Assembly: GCF_963921235.1 (NCBI RefSeq)
Contig: NC_086109.1
Span: 17,238,001-17,302,000, forward strand
Direction of reading: 5' to 3'
Source: Mobula hypostoma
Taxonomy: Eukaryota
Length of the DNA stretch: 64,000 bases
The notes beneath the pieces are model-generated. The model had not been told where the DNA came from. It was given only the letters and a program-made list of their open reading frames with translations, and did not search any database. Made by a program: the position numbers and the translations under genes. How positions within the stretch are numbered: position 1 is the first letter of the stretch; every line of letters starts with the position of its first letter. Shown in pieces: positions 37,441 through 51,044 of this stretch.

Positions 37441-39834
37441 CTTACTATTTTTAAATGTCCTTAACTTTGAAATTTTTAAAGCCACAAACTTGAATGAATT
37501 GGAAACTTTCTTACCAGGGAAGTGAACACTAATAAAGTGAAGTGAAAAATAAATTTAAATTGCTTCTGCATTTATGTGTCTGTTTTTGTCTTAAATCCAG
37601 TGAAAAAGCACCAGGATAAGCACCAGTTTTTTTTTGTGTTGCCATAGAGTCATGGATGTGCAAGTTAATTTGCTCATTTTATAGATGCACGGAAGGTTTA
37701 TTACATTCACATCTGATCTGTGCATTTTGGTGTCATCTTCATCAAGGTATGGCATTTTGAAGGAGTATGGGGTCCATAATGAAAAGTAGTTTGCATGTAA
37801 TTTGGTGAAACATTGCCAATTTCTTCAATTTTGTGCATTGCTAACACATGGGAGAAAAACAGGAACTGGGAGAAAAACAGGAACTTGGCGTAATGGTTCT
37901 TTCCTTGAACAATCTGGAAGCTGATTTTAAAATATTGTCTTAATTTGTATATCATTATATTAAGGGTGCAGTTGCATCTTTCCATGTTGTTACATTGCAA
38001 TGCTTCAGATATTCATCATGAAATACTTGCTCCACCAATAAACATTTGTAATTTGTCAGACAAATAGTAGCCCGTCTAGTGTATTTTTCAAAATAATTTT
38101 GATAATGTAATAGATCTAAAAAAAAACAAAGAAAGGTGCAAATAAGCTTGTGCCTGTAGAACTATATATTGCACAATCCAGTGTTTTGAAATTCCATTTT
38201 CAACATTGTGTATTAAAATTGAATCTTTGTTAATGAACTTCCATGCAGCACTTAACAAATATTATAAAATATGTTAGCTTGTCAAGTCTTGAAGAATACA
38301 TGGTGGAAGTAAGGTTCCTGCATCTTCTGCTTGTTAGGTCCCGTAATTCATGAAGAGAAGTTCAGATAGCCAGTGTTTAATCTGTTGAAAAGTTTAAATG
38401 TATGAAACCATGGTTTACTGTAGAAACGATGTACACAAGCAGCAAGATTTTTTTGGAATACTCTCCAATGTCTGCAAAGACAAGAGTACAAATGGTGAAA
38501 TAATATTAAATTACCTTTCTGAAGAAAAATCTTTCTAGCGGGTAATGACATGCTGAAACAGAATTATTTATTATCCCGGAGTGATGTATAATCTCATGTA
38601 AGTTGCCTGGTGATGAGAAAAAAAATCTTGTATTTTGAGCAAAGTACAGTCCATGTATATGTATTTTCTCTTTGGGTAAATTCTTTGTAAATGTACTTCA
38701 ATCAATCTGTACTTCAATGTGCAAGTTGCTGCAGCAATAGTGTTTTTGTCTGATATATTTGGATTATGGCCTTCTCTAGCACAGACGGCCATTTGGTACT
38801 TGGTTTCCTAATGCAAGGATGCTTGGAATTGTTAATTTTACTCCCATTCTGCTGTTACATTCCCTTCTTTAACTCATACTGGGAATTTGTTAACTGCCCT
38901 TGTACCTTGTACTGACCGGCATTGAAAGTTGGCAGCTGTTTCTTAATGGCAGCTCTCATGCCAGAGCTGATCCTGTTTTCTCTTTTGGGCATCAAGGGGT
39001 ACTTTCCAGAAGCATTCTTAAGCCAGCATTTAGGAGGATGAATTTCAGGCTAATTTAACCTTAATCAACTAATAGAAATGGTATGATCTCTGCTGACATA
39101 AAGAGAATTACAGACCTGACTAGTTGTTTGTTAATGTTCTCCCTATTTTCTCTGACTGTATGCCTAAATTTTGTGCTCTCTACAATTATTGAGAGATGCT
39201 GCTGTGGTATCTGTTGTTGAGGAAAGGGATCAAAGCAAGAAAATTGGTTATACACTTTGGGTCAGAAGGCACCAAGCCTTTTGTCAGAGCCAAGGCAGTT
39301 TGGCTGAAAGGCCTTTAATAAAAATACTAAATCTGTTGCTGCAGATGCTTGTTGGTCTTCTTAGTATTTTCAGCATTTTCTGTTCCTACCTCTGCAGTAT
39401 TCTGCTTGTTTAGGGAACTCTATCGCTGTTCTAGTTCATGTAAACTCACAAACATTGGGTTGTCCACTTTTTCAGGCATTACTTTTGCCAAGACCAAATC
39501 AATATTCCCTCCAAACAGAAATTGTAGTATCAAGGAAAGCTGTGTATTAGGCCTGAACCTCAAGCTTCTGACAACTATCAATGAACCTGAATCCTATATC
39601 TATCTATATATATTATTGTAGGATTTTTCATGTCTTAAAACATTTATCAGTAAGTTGAGACATTTTCAACATGTCAAAAAAAAAGCTGCCTGTTTAAGTG
39701 GAAAGTAGCCATTTTAGGAACCAAGTAATAGATACTTCATTGATCTCAAAGGAAATTACAGTGTCACAATATACACCCATATTAAAAGATTTTACCAGTG
39801 CAGGTTGAGGACTGGACATTTTATCCGGATCCAT

Positions 39835-40242
39835 GCTCAATTTATGGCTTGTTGTACCATTGGCATTGAGGGCAGAATGAAGGTCCTCCATCTCTGGTAG
39901 TGTTCAGGGCTTCCTTCATCATGTCAATAGCTTCCTCTTGGTACTCATTACTGTTAGTCCCCCAAGTCCAGGGTGGAGACTCGGGAATACCATCGCACTC
40001 AGGTGCAGAAGGGTTCTTCATTGCTGTTTTCGTAACAATTTTGTTTGAGCAGTCAGGTTTGTTGCCCTGAGCTGAACCATTGAACCTGGGGGACCATTGG
40101 TCCACTCTTAGAGTAGCCTGTTGCCTTTGACCTGTTTTGCATGGGTGACCCTACCAAGAGCTAAAGCATAAAGCCCTGACTCCAGCCAACATAGCTCTCT
40201 GTATCATTGAGGCACGCAAGGTTGTGGACCTCTTGGAGGATC
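39835..40242 (-). mobile_element. Short RTE-derived bipartite non-autonomous element
   Basis: Minus strand: RTE-type 5'UTR (ccttgcgtgcctcaatga...agctatgttgg...gggtcacccatg) joined to RWRTFI..ALNANG-type ORF-end text; second copy at 2370-2765. Confidence 0.6.
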
Positions 40243-40584
40243 TATGCTCATATATGACAACTAATATGGGCCTCTTCCAGAGTAATGTATTTAAGGGTAA
40301 TGTAAGGAACCACACAGAGTTTGGTCAGATATTTACATTGGTGCTCCAGGTAAAAATAATGGGATGTTAGCTATTACAGCTGTAGGTGGAAGACAATTTT
40401 GAATCTTCAACTGTGGAAATTAAAGCTGGAGAGCTGGGCGTAGGGGAAGCATGATTGAAACTTAATTATGCAAAGCCAGCTGGGTAGAATAAATAAGTCA
40501 CTGACAGGGATGTTATATGTGTAGGATATGTAATAGGAGATGACTTGTGTCACTTATTTTAGGAGAAAATGATGATATAGACAT

Positions 40585-41003
40585 CCGCATGTGGCAGCAA
40601 CTTGACATGTAAAAGCATGCAGACGTGGTCAAGAGGTTCAGTTGTTGTTTAGACCAAACATTAGAACAGGGAAGAAATGCGATCAAAGTGACTTTGACAG
40701 TGGAATGATTATCGATACTAGATGGGGTGGTTTGAGAATCTCAGAAACTGCTGATCTCCTGGGATTTTCTTACACAATAGAGTCTTGAGTTTACAGAAAA
40801 TGGTGCAAAAAATACAAAACATCCAGTGAGTGGCAGTTCTATAGGTGAAAGTGCCTTGTTAATTAGAGGTCAGAAGTGAATAGCCAGACTGGAAGGCGAC
40901 TGTAACTCAAATAACCATGTGTTACAACAGTGTTGTGCGGAAGAGCATCTCTGAACACACAGCATGTTAAAACCATGGGCTTTAGCAACAGAAGACGACA
41001 AAC
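40585..41003 (+). mobile_element. Tc1/mariner-derived non-autonomous fragment (transposase N-terminus)
   Basis: GKKCDQSDFDSGMII...LRISETADLLGFS paired-like HTH remnant; same family as 42845-43205 and 55499-55972. Confidence 0.75.
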
Positions 41004-41096
41004 AATCTGCCTAGAATTTCCCAAGCGCATAGAAGGAATAGATTTTCAGTTCTTTGCCATTTTTACTCGTTTGTCTGTCTTTTATCTTTAAATTTA

Positions 41097-41637
41097 AAAA
41101 AAACTCTGGTTAGGCCACACTTGGAGTACAGTGTCCAGTTTTGGTCGCCTCACTATAGGAAGGATGTGGAAGCATTGGAAAGGGTACAGAGGAGATTTAC
41201 CAGGATGCTGCCTGGTTTAGAGAGTATGCATTATGATCAGAGATTAATGCAGCTAGGGCTTTTCTCTTTGGAGAGAAGGAGGATGAGAGGACACATGATA
41301 GAGGTGTACAAGATAATACGAGGAATAGATAGAGTGGACAGCCAGCGCCTCTTCCCCAGGGCACCACTGCTCAATACAAGAGGACATGGCTTTAAGGTAA
41401 GGGGTGGGAAGTTCAAGGGGGATATTAGAGGAAGGTATTTTACTCAGAGTGTGGTTGGTGCATGGAATGCACTGCCTGAGTCAGTGGCGGAGGCAGATAC
41501 ACTAGTGAAGTTTAAGAGACTACTAGACAGGTACATGTAGGAATTTAAGGTGGGGGCTTATATGGGAGGCAGGGTTTGAGGGTCAGCACAATATTGTGGG
41601 CCGAAGGGCCTGTAATGTGCTGTACTGTTCTATGTAA
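41097..41637 (+). mobile_element. CR1 LINE 3' end (young, 5'-truncated)
   Basis: ORF 41121-41540 LEYSVQFWSPHYRKD...VVGAWNALP; tail gggccgaagggcctgtaatgtgctgtactgttctatgt. Confidence 0.92.
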
Positions 41638-42844
41638 ATACAAAGAGTTCCACATGTAAGTTAAGGATGTCCAGTTTTGCTTTGCCATGACCTTGCTAAA
41701 GCAGTTTGTTGTGGCTTTTCACACTGTTTAACTGACAACCAGGACTAAATGAGCAGAAATTTCTTCCATCGAACATACTGGGAAAATCAAAGCCCTCTGT
41801 TTTTCAACTGAATTGCAAATTCAGTTCGCAGCCACTGAGTTCAGGTCTAATCCTGTCAACTGTATAAGGATGTATCACAGTGTTTACAAAGCAGGTACCT
41901 TTGAATTTTCCGACCATATCTGCATGAGTGTTATGATCTGCTTCTACCTGTAATTTCTCAATCGATATCTGCTTTATCTCATGTCCCCATCACTCTCAGT
42001 TATTTACACCTGTGATAATCTCTGTTCTTGTACTTGACATTTGTTAATCTGGTTGATTTTCCTATCCATGCCACAATGCTTGATTGATCTTTTCCAAAAA
42101 TCTACGAGCTGTACATTAACTCGTCAAGTTCTGTTCGTCTCTTTTGATTGCTTAACTTCCACTGGCTTCTGGTCCTGCAATACCACAATTAAGCAATTTC
42201 TATTTTAATTTTCAATTTCCTTCGAGGGCATTGCTCATCCCAGTCTGTTACTTTATGCAGCTCTTTGATCTCTGTACTCCTTGATTTTAATTATTCCACC
42301 ATTTGCGGTTGTAAAGCAAGGTAAATCTCTAGAGCATCATGGAAGCAGACCATTGCAGGTGTTTAAAGAAGAAGTAATTTTTTGAAAACTGGGGACAGTT
42401 CAGGCTTAATGTACATTTGACACAGTGGAGTTGGCGATGTCTAGGCCAATTACCTTTGTTCATGTTAAATGGCAAAGCAGGCATGAGGGGCTGAATGTCT
42501 TCCTGCTCCAGTGAGTTCCTTGTGTTCAAAATGGGCATGCAGTGTGGAGTGGTTTAACTTTTAAGGGGTCCTCTCTTCAACAGGCTGAAGAATGGTTGAT
42601 TTGAAGGTATTAAGTGTTGATTTTCTGATGTTGAAGCACCAAGGGGAAATGTGTGTATTTTTAAGTGTGTTTTTAAAAAAAGCGCTTGACCAAGCATTCA
42701 AAATGCATATAATTCTCTTCCTAAATTGTTCAGATTAAAATTTGAAGAGAGCAATGCAATATCCAATGGTGTTGGATGTACACTCGATGCCTTTTCTGTT
42801 AAGTACAGGACAGTACTGTAGCCTATCCACTTCAAAGAACGACA

Positions 42845-43205
42845 TGTGCATTTAGGGATGCTATTATGCACACATCAAATGCATGGTTACTGGAGTAACT
42901 GTGTCCTTCCTGTCAACTTAAACCAGACTGACCATTTTCCTCTGACCTTTCTCATTAACAAGATGCTTTCGCTCACAGAACTGCCACACACTGGATTTAA
43001 CTTTTTTTTTCACACCACTGTCTAATCTCAAAAGACCATTGTGTATGAAAATCCCAAGAGATCAGGAGGTTGAGATGTTCAAAACACCCCATCTGGCACC
43101 AACAATCATCCACGGTCAAAGTCACTTGGATCACTGTTCTTTCCTGTTCTGATCCTGGTTTGAACAACAATTGAACCTCTTGAATGTCCACATTCTTTTA
43201 TACAT
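42845..43205 (-). mobile_element. Tc1/mariner-derived non-autonomous fragment
   Basis: Reverse complement of the family at 40585 and 55499 (gaaaatcccaagagatcagg..., acaatcatccacggtcaaagtcacttggatcac). Confidence 0.7.
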
Positions 43206-43429
43206 ACGTACATTTTAACTTGGGTCTAACTTTTGTTCTAATTAAGTTTTTGCTTTTCATTTAACTTCATGAAACTAAGTCATTTATTCGGCACAATTCA
43301 TGGTCATAATTACTGCTTAGAACATTTACAGCCTGACAGGAGGTGATTGAAGTAGCTGTTATTTTTCCTTCAACTGCACAGAGACATTACTGGCATCTCG
43401 TTATTTTATATCGACAATTTCCCACAAAT

Positions 43430-44165
43430 TAGACTACTATACTCATGACTGCGTGGCTGGTCATAGCTCACACCATCTATAAATTGATGACATTTCTGTT
43501 GGCAGAACTTGGATGCCATTGAGGTGACATGCTGCACATTCAAAAGTGAGATAGTTTAACTGGTTGAGTCCTGTCATAACAGCAACTTTGCACTCAACGT
43601 CAGCAAGTCTAAATAATTGATTATGGATTTCAGGAAGTGAAAGTCAGGAGAACACACATCAGTCCTCATTGATGGGTCAGCGGTGGAAAATGTGAGTAGC
43701 TTCAAGTTCCTGGATGGCAGCGTCTCAGACAATCTATCCTGGACTCAACATATTGGTGCAATCACAAAGAAGGCACCCCAGCATCAATACTTCATGGGGT
43801 GTTTGAAGAGATTCGGTCTATCACCAAATACTCTTTTAAAGGTTTATATTTGTGTGGTGGAGAGCATTCTGCTTGGCTGCAAAATAGCCTGGTATATAGT
43901 CTCCAATACTCAGGATCGAAAGAGGTTGCAGAGGATTGTAAATCAGGTAGTGCCATTGTGGACACAACCCTCCCCTCTGAGGACATTTTCAAGAGGGACT
44001 CATGTTTTAGGAACAGCTTCTGTCCCACCACAGCCAGATTTCTTTACTGCCTCATTATTATTCTTTTGCACTATTTATTTGCAACTTGGAGTAATTTTTA
44101 TGTACTGTTGCAAAATAATGAATTTTATTATATATATATATAAGTGATAATAAACCCAATTCTGA
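43430..44165 (+). mobile_element. Degraded Rex1/Babar-like LINE 3' fragment
   Basis: ORF 43683-44147 VSSFKFL..SDNLSW..KKA..VVESILLGC; tail gataataaacccaattctga. Confidence 0.8.
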
Positions 44166-45489
44166 TAAGAGATCATCATAAAATATAATACCATAATACT
44201 TGTTTAAATAAAATGTGGGCTTAATTGGTCATTGTATATTATTGTCAGTTTTGATGTTAATAAAGAAAATTCTCAAGACATTTTGTATATACAAACTCTT
44301 TACAGACAGAGGCAGGATTGAACCTGGGTCACTGGTACTGTAAAGCGTTGTGCTAACCTCTACACTACCATGCCAATCTGCTAATTATCGTACACCAAAC
44401 AGATCATTTTTAAAAGCAGTGTAAACATTCAGTAGATTACAGTACATCTGTTTTTAGAATGAAATGTTTTGCTGTTGACTGAAAGAACATAGAATATTAC
44501 AGCACAGTATAGGTCTCTCAGCCCACAATGTAGTGCTGACGGTTTAACCTAGTTGGCAGTCAATCTAACTCTTCCCGCCCCCTCCCCCCCCCATATAGCC
44601 CCATTTTTTTTCCCATCCATGTGATAGAAAAGTGTTTCTTAATGCCCCTAATGTATCTGCCTTTACCACCACTTCTGACAGGTCCCACAGGTCAGAGATT
44701 TGGCGGGTGGGCCGTGGTTCTCGAAGGGCTGGGAGGGCCTATTCCATGCTGTATCTCAATAAACAAACAAATCTGAATGGGTGTCTTGTTCTGTAAAGGA
44801 TGGGTGTAAGTAACTGCTTGAACATATATTGCATTGATGCACTGAGCTGTGTGGACTTCCTTCTGTGACAAAACAGTCATGGTAGTCTTCATAAGGGATA
44901 TTCAAAATTAGTTCAAAGAAGTTTCGAATTCAAATGAAAGATGGGCTTAACTTGAAGATTAGCGAGCAGGCCCAGTTGGAGTTTATCCTCAAATATGAGA
45001 GGGCAGACTAAGCTATTTGTGGGAATAAAAATCTTTCAAAGGTGAAAATGCAGGCTCTAATTTGTTATTTTATAGCAAATTTACATTAATGGTTTATGTA
45101 AAGTACGGGGATTATTATGTTTGTGTCCAGACTAGTTTAAAAATAGGCATGTTCACTGAAATGAAAGGGTATTTTTGCTGTCCTTTCATCTAATAGGATG
45201 TACGCAGCTATTTATGATCTACTAAAAAGTAAAATGTTGCCTGTAACAAATTGCAGTTCATTCTATGGCTAAATACAGCGTAATCTTCAGTTTAGAAAAG
45301 GAGTGTGGGTGGGGTTCCAACACTTTGCTGATGTCCTCAATAACTTCTGTAAAATTAAAGAAGCTTTTAACTGGAACTTTTTAGTTGTTCCATGCTGAAT
45401 TTGTAGTTGCAGGCTGAATTTGTAGCTGGCATAATCTTGCCATGGATGTTTTGGAAACGTAAAATGTGAAACTTGCTTGAAATTGTTTT

Positions 45490-46110
45490 AAACTTATTGA
45501 AACATTTGTAGAGCACTGCTCAGTGCACAGGAGTGATCAGAACCTTCTGGTTGCCTGCCACTCCACCACTCTCTTTGCACTCTGACCTTTCTGTCTGAGG
45601 CCACCTGTGCTATAACAATGAAGCACAATGCCATTTTGAGGAACACTGCCTCATCATCTGTCTGGGCATATTGTAGCCTCCAAGACAAGATATAGAATCA
45701 TTTGACTTTTGGTGAATTAGTCTTTCTTCACTTTGTATGAGAACTGGTCATTTTAGTCTGTTAGCATTTTGGTTCATTTTAAATAATTTTTTCCTTTGTA
45801 TTGTCTGGCCTGCTGGGCATGTCCCTGGCCTTACTGTGGGGTACACTATGCTACAATAATACACTATGTACGCAAAGTTTAATCTAGATCTTAACTGCCC
45901 CTTCAGTGCTACGTTAGGCGATCCTGGCTCAAACTATCAGAGAAATACCTGTTTCATCAATTTCTGTCCCCTACATTTTGTAACCTATACTAACAGTTTT
46001 TTTTCTTTCCCCTTTGTGAAGGGACTCCTCTAATAGAACATGTTAACTGCTTTCCACACATGCTACCTGATCAGCTGAGTGTTTCCAACAACCTAGATTT
46101 TTATTTCTTT
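45490..46110 (+). mobile_element. Old Penelope-like remnant (GIY-YIG C-terminus and pseudo-LTR)
   Basis: ~45600-45700 reads LCYNNEAQCHFEEHCLIICLG, resembling LYCKDEATLRLEEQHLIFRLG at 58239-58350; decayed pseudo-LTR at ~46010-46110. Confidence 0.55.
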
Positions 46111-49100
46111 TATTTAAGATATTTGCTTTGTTAATGGCAGTGACATGTGCAAACTAGGATATCAATATTGTCAGTTTCAGTTTGCAAGCACCGAAAAGTG
46201 GAAAATTAATGTGAATTTGCTTCCTGTACAAGAGATTTGTGTGTGTATGTGTATGTATATGTACGTTTTCTATATATATATATTAGCTATATTGATTGGT
46301 GTGTGGGTGTTTATTTTGTAATCTTGTGTGATGGACTGCAGTTGAGTGACCACTGATGGAAAATGAGCAGTAGACGGTGATGAGGTCAACATTAGTTGTG
46401 AAATGACACCATTCTGCTGTTCATTACTTTGTGTTCCTCAAGGTCTAAAATGGGGGGAAAATATGTACGGTACTTGGGAAATATGTTACCCCTCAGGAAA
46501 ATTCTTTGCTTGTACTGGTTGTGGTGGGGGAATTATGACAGGAAGAGGGAGGCAGTATTAGGGTGCAATGTCAGAGGAAGGAAAAGAAGCCTTAGAAGGA
46601 AGTTTAAGGTGTTAACCACCCAAAGTCATGTAAAAGGCGGTTGCATTTTGCAATGTATTCATTTAAAGCTGTTATTCAGAAAAGGCAAAATAATTCTGTA
46701 GGAGCAACAGGACTGTTTAATATCAAGGATCTAACATGAATTTATCCAGTGAAGAGGAAAGAGGAGCTGCTTGCTGTCAGTTGAGATGAAAAATTCAGCT
46801 GTTGGAAGTAAATGCTGCAACTTGCATGTCTCTAAGTGGTACAATGTGAGAAACCTGGGCTTACCATGTTTTTAGTTCTGTATTGCTGTTAAGTTAAAGT
46901 TTGAAAGCTTCTGCAAATGTCATTGAAAAGTTCTGAAAACTGTTATTTTGGCTCTTTCAGTTATCACTTTGAGACCTTAAATGCATTTTGTCTTTTTATA
47001 TTCAGGATGTGCAACTTAAATACTGTACAATTTGTTTAACAGATGAAAGGACCATTCATTTGGATTTTGTTGAAAATTAAAACGAATTGATGATCATTTT
47101 ATAGTTTACTATGGGACACAGGTTGTTGAAAATCTAGATCTTTTCGATAATTCAAGTTTCAAAATTTTAAGAAAAGTTTGGATGGCCTCCTTCATAGACT
47201 TGGATGTGGTGCAGATTTCTTCCTGATGAACAGAAAGTGCTTCAACATAAAATATCTTTTGCACATTATACTTAGTCCCAATGCTCTCTAGACTGAATAA
47301 AAGTGGATTTTTGTCATTTAGATTGAGACTATTCAGTTATCCATTTCTATTACTTTTGATCCCTTTCCCCAGTTTAAGGGGCCAATGTTCACCTTGCCGT
47401 AGTCACAAACTCTCTTCAATTCATTCGTATCACCTTCATGCCTTTCATGAAATTGCATTGTCCTTGAGATTCACATACCAAGAAAGAACTGATCACATGA
47501 CATTCTTGTTCCTCTGTTAGTTGTTGTTATGTATCGTTTGCTCTCCTTGAGCACAGTTTCCTTTTACTTCAAATATGATGCCGTCACTTCTTCACAGAAG
47601 CAATCACCATGTTTCTTGTCACATTTTAAAACAAATTCGAGAACCTAGAAGTCTCCAAGTTTCATGTGCATCTTATGGAGGATGGCTTGGCTGAAGTACT
47701 GAAATAGCATTGCTGGAAATCTTTGAAGATTTTCTTCATGATTGTGACTGATGATATACCACCCTGATCCCTTTGACCTGAATGAAGCTTTTGACACAGT
47801 TGGCCATTCCATCCTCGTGCTTGCCAGATATCCAAGATGGTGCCGGAGCATGGCGTCTCATTGCAAACTGCTCTCTGCAATTTTCTATTTTACTTGTATT
47901 ATAATTGTTCTACTTTTTGAAATGTAAATTCTGTTTACCTCAATGCACTGTTGTAATGAAATGAACTATGCGAACGCCATGTAAAACAAGTTTTTCCCTG
48001 TACCTCAGTATCTGTGACAATAATACACCAATTTCCTAGCTTCCTGGATTGGATTCCATAAATCTGTTTTCAATTTTTATAATCCAAAACATTAAGAAAA
48101 ATCAGCACTATTTGATACTGCATTTTTCTGTGGTGTTTGTGGCTCTATCCTACATCCCTCTTGTCTGCATTTTGGCCTCTGGCAAAGTCATCTGAAGACA
48201 TGCAGTTTCCACATCTTTGCTAATGACATATCTTTTGACTGTTAATTGTCAATTTGCTCAAAGTAAGAGAAGACAGAAGGTATTTGTCAAAGATTTCATT
48301 TGCTGCATTTATCCAAATGAAGAAATGATGTGTATACGTTCACTCCATTTACTGTTTTTTTTGAGAAACCAGATTTCGCCCTGTTGGAAAGACATTCTCT
48401 TTTGAACCAATCCATCTAGCTCTTACTTAATAACAATTTAAAATTAGCTTCCTAATTTTGATGAAAGGTCTTTGTGCTGATACTGCCTGATCTGCTGAGT
48501 GTTTCGAGCATTTTCTGTTTTGTTCATTTGGCCTTTGTCTTCAGTCCAAGATCAGCAAAAAGATTTTAAATCTTTTCCTTTTTTCACTCGTTCCTTTCCT
48601 TATTGCTTTTAAACATGTAAACTTGAGAAATTCCTACTTTTTCAATTTGAACATCCTGGGTTTTATTTTCTGAGTTACCGCATATTCCTTGAGTCTTCAG
48701 GGTCAAACCACAAGAACTTCATCGTGTAACTTTGATGCCCTTCTTTTCCGCTGGAAAGAGTTGATTTAAAAATTGCCGCTTTGATCAAGCCTTTACTATT
48801 AAGTCCCAGTATCAATTATGGATATGCTTTGATTTTTTAAATTTATTTACTTATTTTGATATATATATATATATTGGTACTTCTCAGTAGCAAATATACT
48901 TCTGTAATTCTGGAACCAAACCGAAGTTCTCTAAGGATGCAGTTCCAGGTATTAGTTCCTTGCCAACTTATACACACCCATGAATGATGATACAATTAAA
49001 TCCAAGAATGTCCAAGGGCCAGCATTGAAATCTCAAAGCTTGTGAACCAGTTTCAATAATCTATAGAATACAGTTCAATTATGACTGCTTTTGTTTGGCT

Positions 49101-49526
49101 GAAGATGAAAAGACATTACTAAATGGCTCAGTGAATATAAAGAATGTACTGTGTACTTCCTGGTACAATACTTATTTTTGTCTCAGCTGTAGCTTGTTGT
49201 GACTTTATTTGTTTGCCTTGGAAGCTGTTGCACCAAAGAAAATTCCTGATGTGGTTATAAAGAAATGCCCATTTATGGTGCACAGCAAAGTCTAGTCTTC
49301 ATTTGTAAGGATCCTCCATGGGTGTCATGGTCAGGATGAGTTGAAAAGCCAGTTTCTGTGGTGTATGACTATTGATTTTGTAGAGTTGATACCGAAGTTA
49401 GGATTACAATTGCAAAACTGCTGAAAAAGGCTGAAAATTGTCCAAAATATTTTTCTCTTTTAATAGTTGCATTAGTTTGTTGGATGTATTTTTGAAGTAT
49501 TTTTACTTAATACCTTTGCGAAAACT

Positions 49527-49805
49527 GGCTGGTGGCGTGGTGGCATCAGCGCTGGACTTTGGGACAAGAGGTCCCGAGTTCAAATCCGGCCAGCTCCCTT
49601 GCATGCTCTCCATCCGTGCCTGGGTTGAGTGTCGAGCTGACAACTCGACCTTGTTTAAAAAAAAAGCCTGGAGAGGGATGGGCTGCGCCAAGTTTCAGAT
49701 GCCCAAGATGCACTGTATGATGAGCATACCAAAAAGATCGGTGCAAAAAGCTTGTCATGACGGCGCCCCGATGATTCCACTAGGAGTTAAGGGTGCACAC
49801 ACACT
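49527..49805 (+). mobile_element. tRNA-derived SINE of a second family, with (CA)n tail
   Basis: A box TGGCGTGGTGG and B box GAGTTCAAATCC in a tRNA-like head; body unrelated to the 12778 SINE; ends gggtgcacacacac. Confidence 0.65.
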
Positions 49806-50932
49806 TTCATGAAGTATAATTGTGAATATCATGTTAAATATAGTTGAATGATAAGTACTCCAATGTCGTAAGAACTGATGGCTTTGCTTGCATTTAGTTT
49901 TTTGTGACCGTCTGGGCTTTCTGAGGTTGTCCAGTTTTCTCCCACATTCCAAAAACGTGGATTTAGAAGTCCAGTTAGGTACACGGGTATAATTGAGTGG
50001 CATGGCTGGAAGGGCCTGTTTGCGTGCTGTATCTGAGGTAAATCTGAGGCAAATGAGAGATTCATTCAGGTTACTTGTCTTAAGAAAGGAATTAGAATTG
50101 GTTTATTTATTATCACATGCACTGAGGTACTGTGAAAATGTTTCAGTCGATTTTACTTTATTTGTTAAACAAATACTAACCGATCTGAACTTAAGAGTAA
50201 TCTTACAGTAGGTTAAAAGGTTGGCACAACAATGTGGGCCAAAGGGCCTGCACTGTGCTGTAATGTTAAATGTTCTATGACTTAGCAAGAACATAATTGT
50301 TCCGAAGGCCAGCTATTTGGAAACAAAATTGAAGTTCTTTAATTTAATGCTATTTAAAGCTCTACCTTGACCTCTCCTGTGTTTCTTCAACACAAGTCCT
50401 ATCGTCACCAACTTTTTTTCTGTCTGTACCTTAATTCCCATTGTTATGTAATCACTCCTACTTTTCAAAATCAAACTTTCCTTCATGATGTCTGCTCCTG
50501 TTTAAAAATGATTGCAACTTCAACTTGTTGAGTTTTGGTTGAAGATCAATGGATCAGCAGGTGAAGCAGCACCTCTTTGAGGATTGTGTTTCTTTGGAAA
50601 AGTATCATCACATTGAAGAGTCAATTAGGAGTGCAAGTAAAAGGACAGTGGCACGATACAGTTTTAGGGACAAAATATCATAAGCTTAAAATTTGTGGTT
50701 GATGTCTGACCGATTCCATTTGTGCAAACACTTGTAATTTGATTTTTGTTCCGAAGTCAGAAAATGTACAAAAGTCAGCAGATTTGGTAACTGTACCTCC
50801 ACAGTATTGTAATGAATGGCACTGGCTTCTAAGAAAGAACAATTTGGTGTGTATGTGTGTGTTTGTGTGTGAGTGTTAGTTCCGCCACACATAGAAATGA
50901 ACACATATACGTACACCAACTTTTGAATTTAG

Positions 50933-51044
50933 CTCTTCCTTCAGTTAGTCCTGACGAAGGGTCTCGGCCCGAAACGTCGACTGTACCTCTTCCTAGAGAT
51001 GCTGCCTGGCCTGCTGCGTTCGCCAGCAACTTTGATGTGTGTTG
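50933..51044 (+). mobile_element. 112-bp Penelope pseudo-LTR mini-insertion carrying a hammerhead motif
   Basis: Near-identical to 59628-59739; flanked by a perfect 12-bp duplication TTTTGAATTTAG (50921-50932, 51045-51056). Confidence 0.9.
50947..50982 (+). ncRNA. Minimal type I hammerhead ribozyme motif
   Basis: AGTC (helix I) - CTGACGA - extra A - GGGT/CTCG/GCCC (helix II) - GAAA - CGTC (predicted cleavage after C50978) - GACT (helix I'). Helix III is reduced to the palindrome ACGT. Confidence 0.75.

Noticed and set aside
46376..46410. Hammerhead-like GTGATGA...GAAA string
   Set aside because: C3 is missing and no convincing helices I-III can be formed.
46720..46815. Possible alternative TMCC2 first exon (ATGAATTTATCC... 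/ ATGAAAAATTCAGCT...GAA|GTAAAT)
   Set aside because: The first frame hits a stop, the second would be phase 1 whereas the downstream exon needs phase 0, and I recognise no homology.
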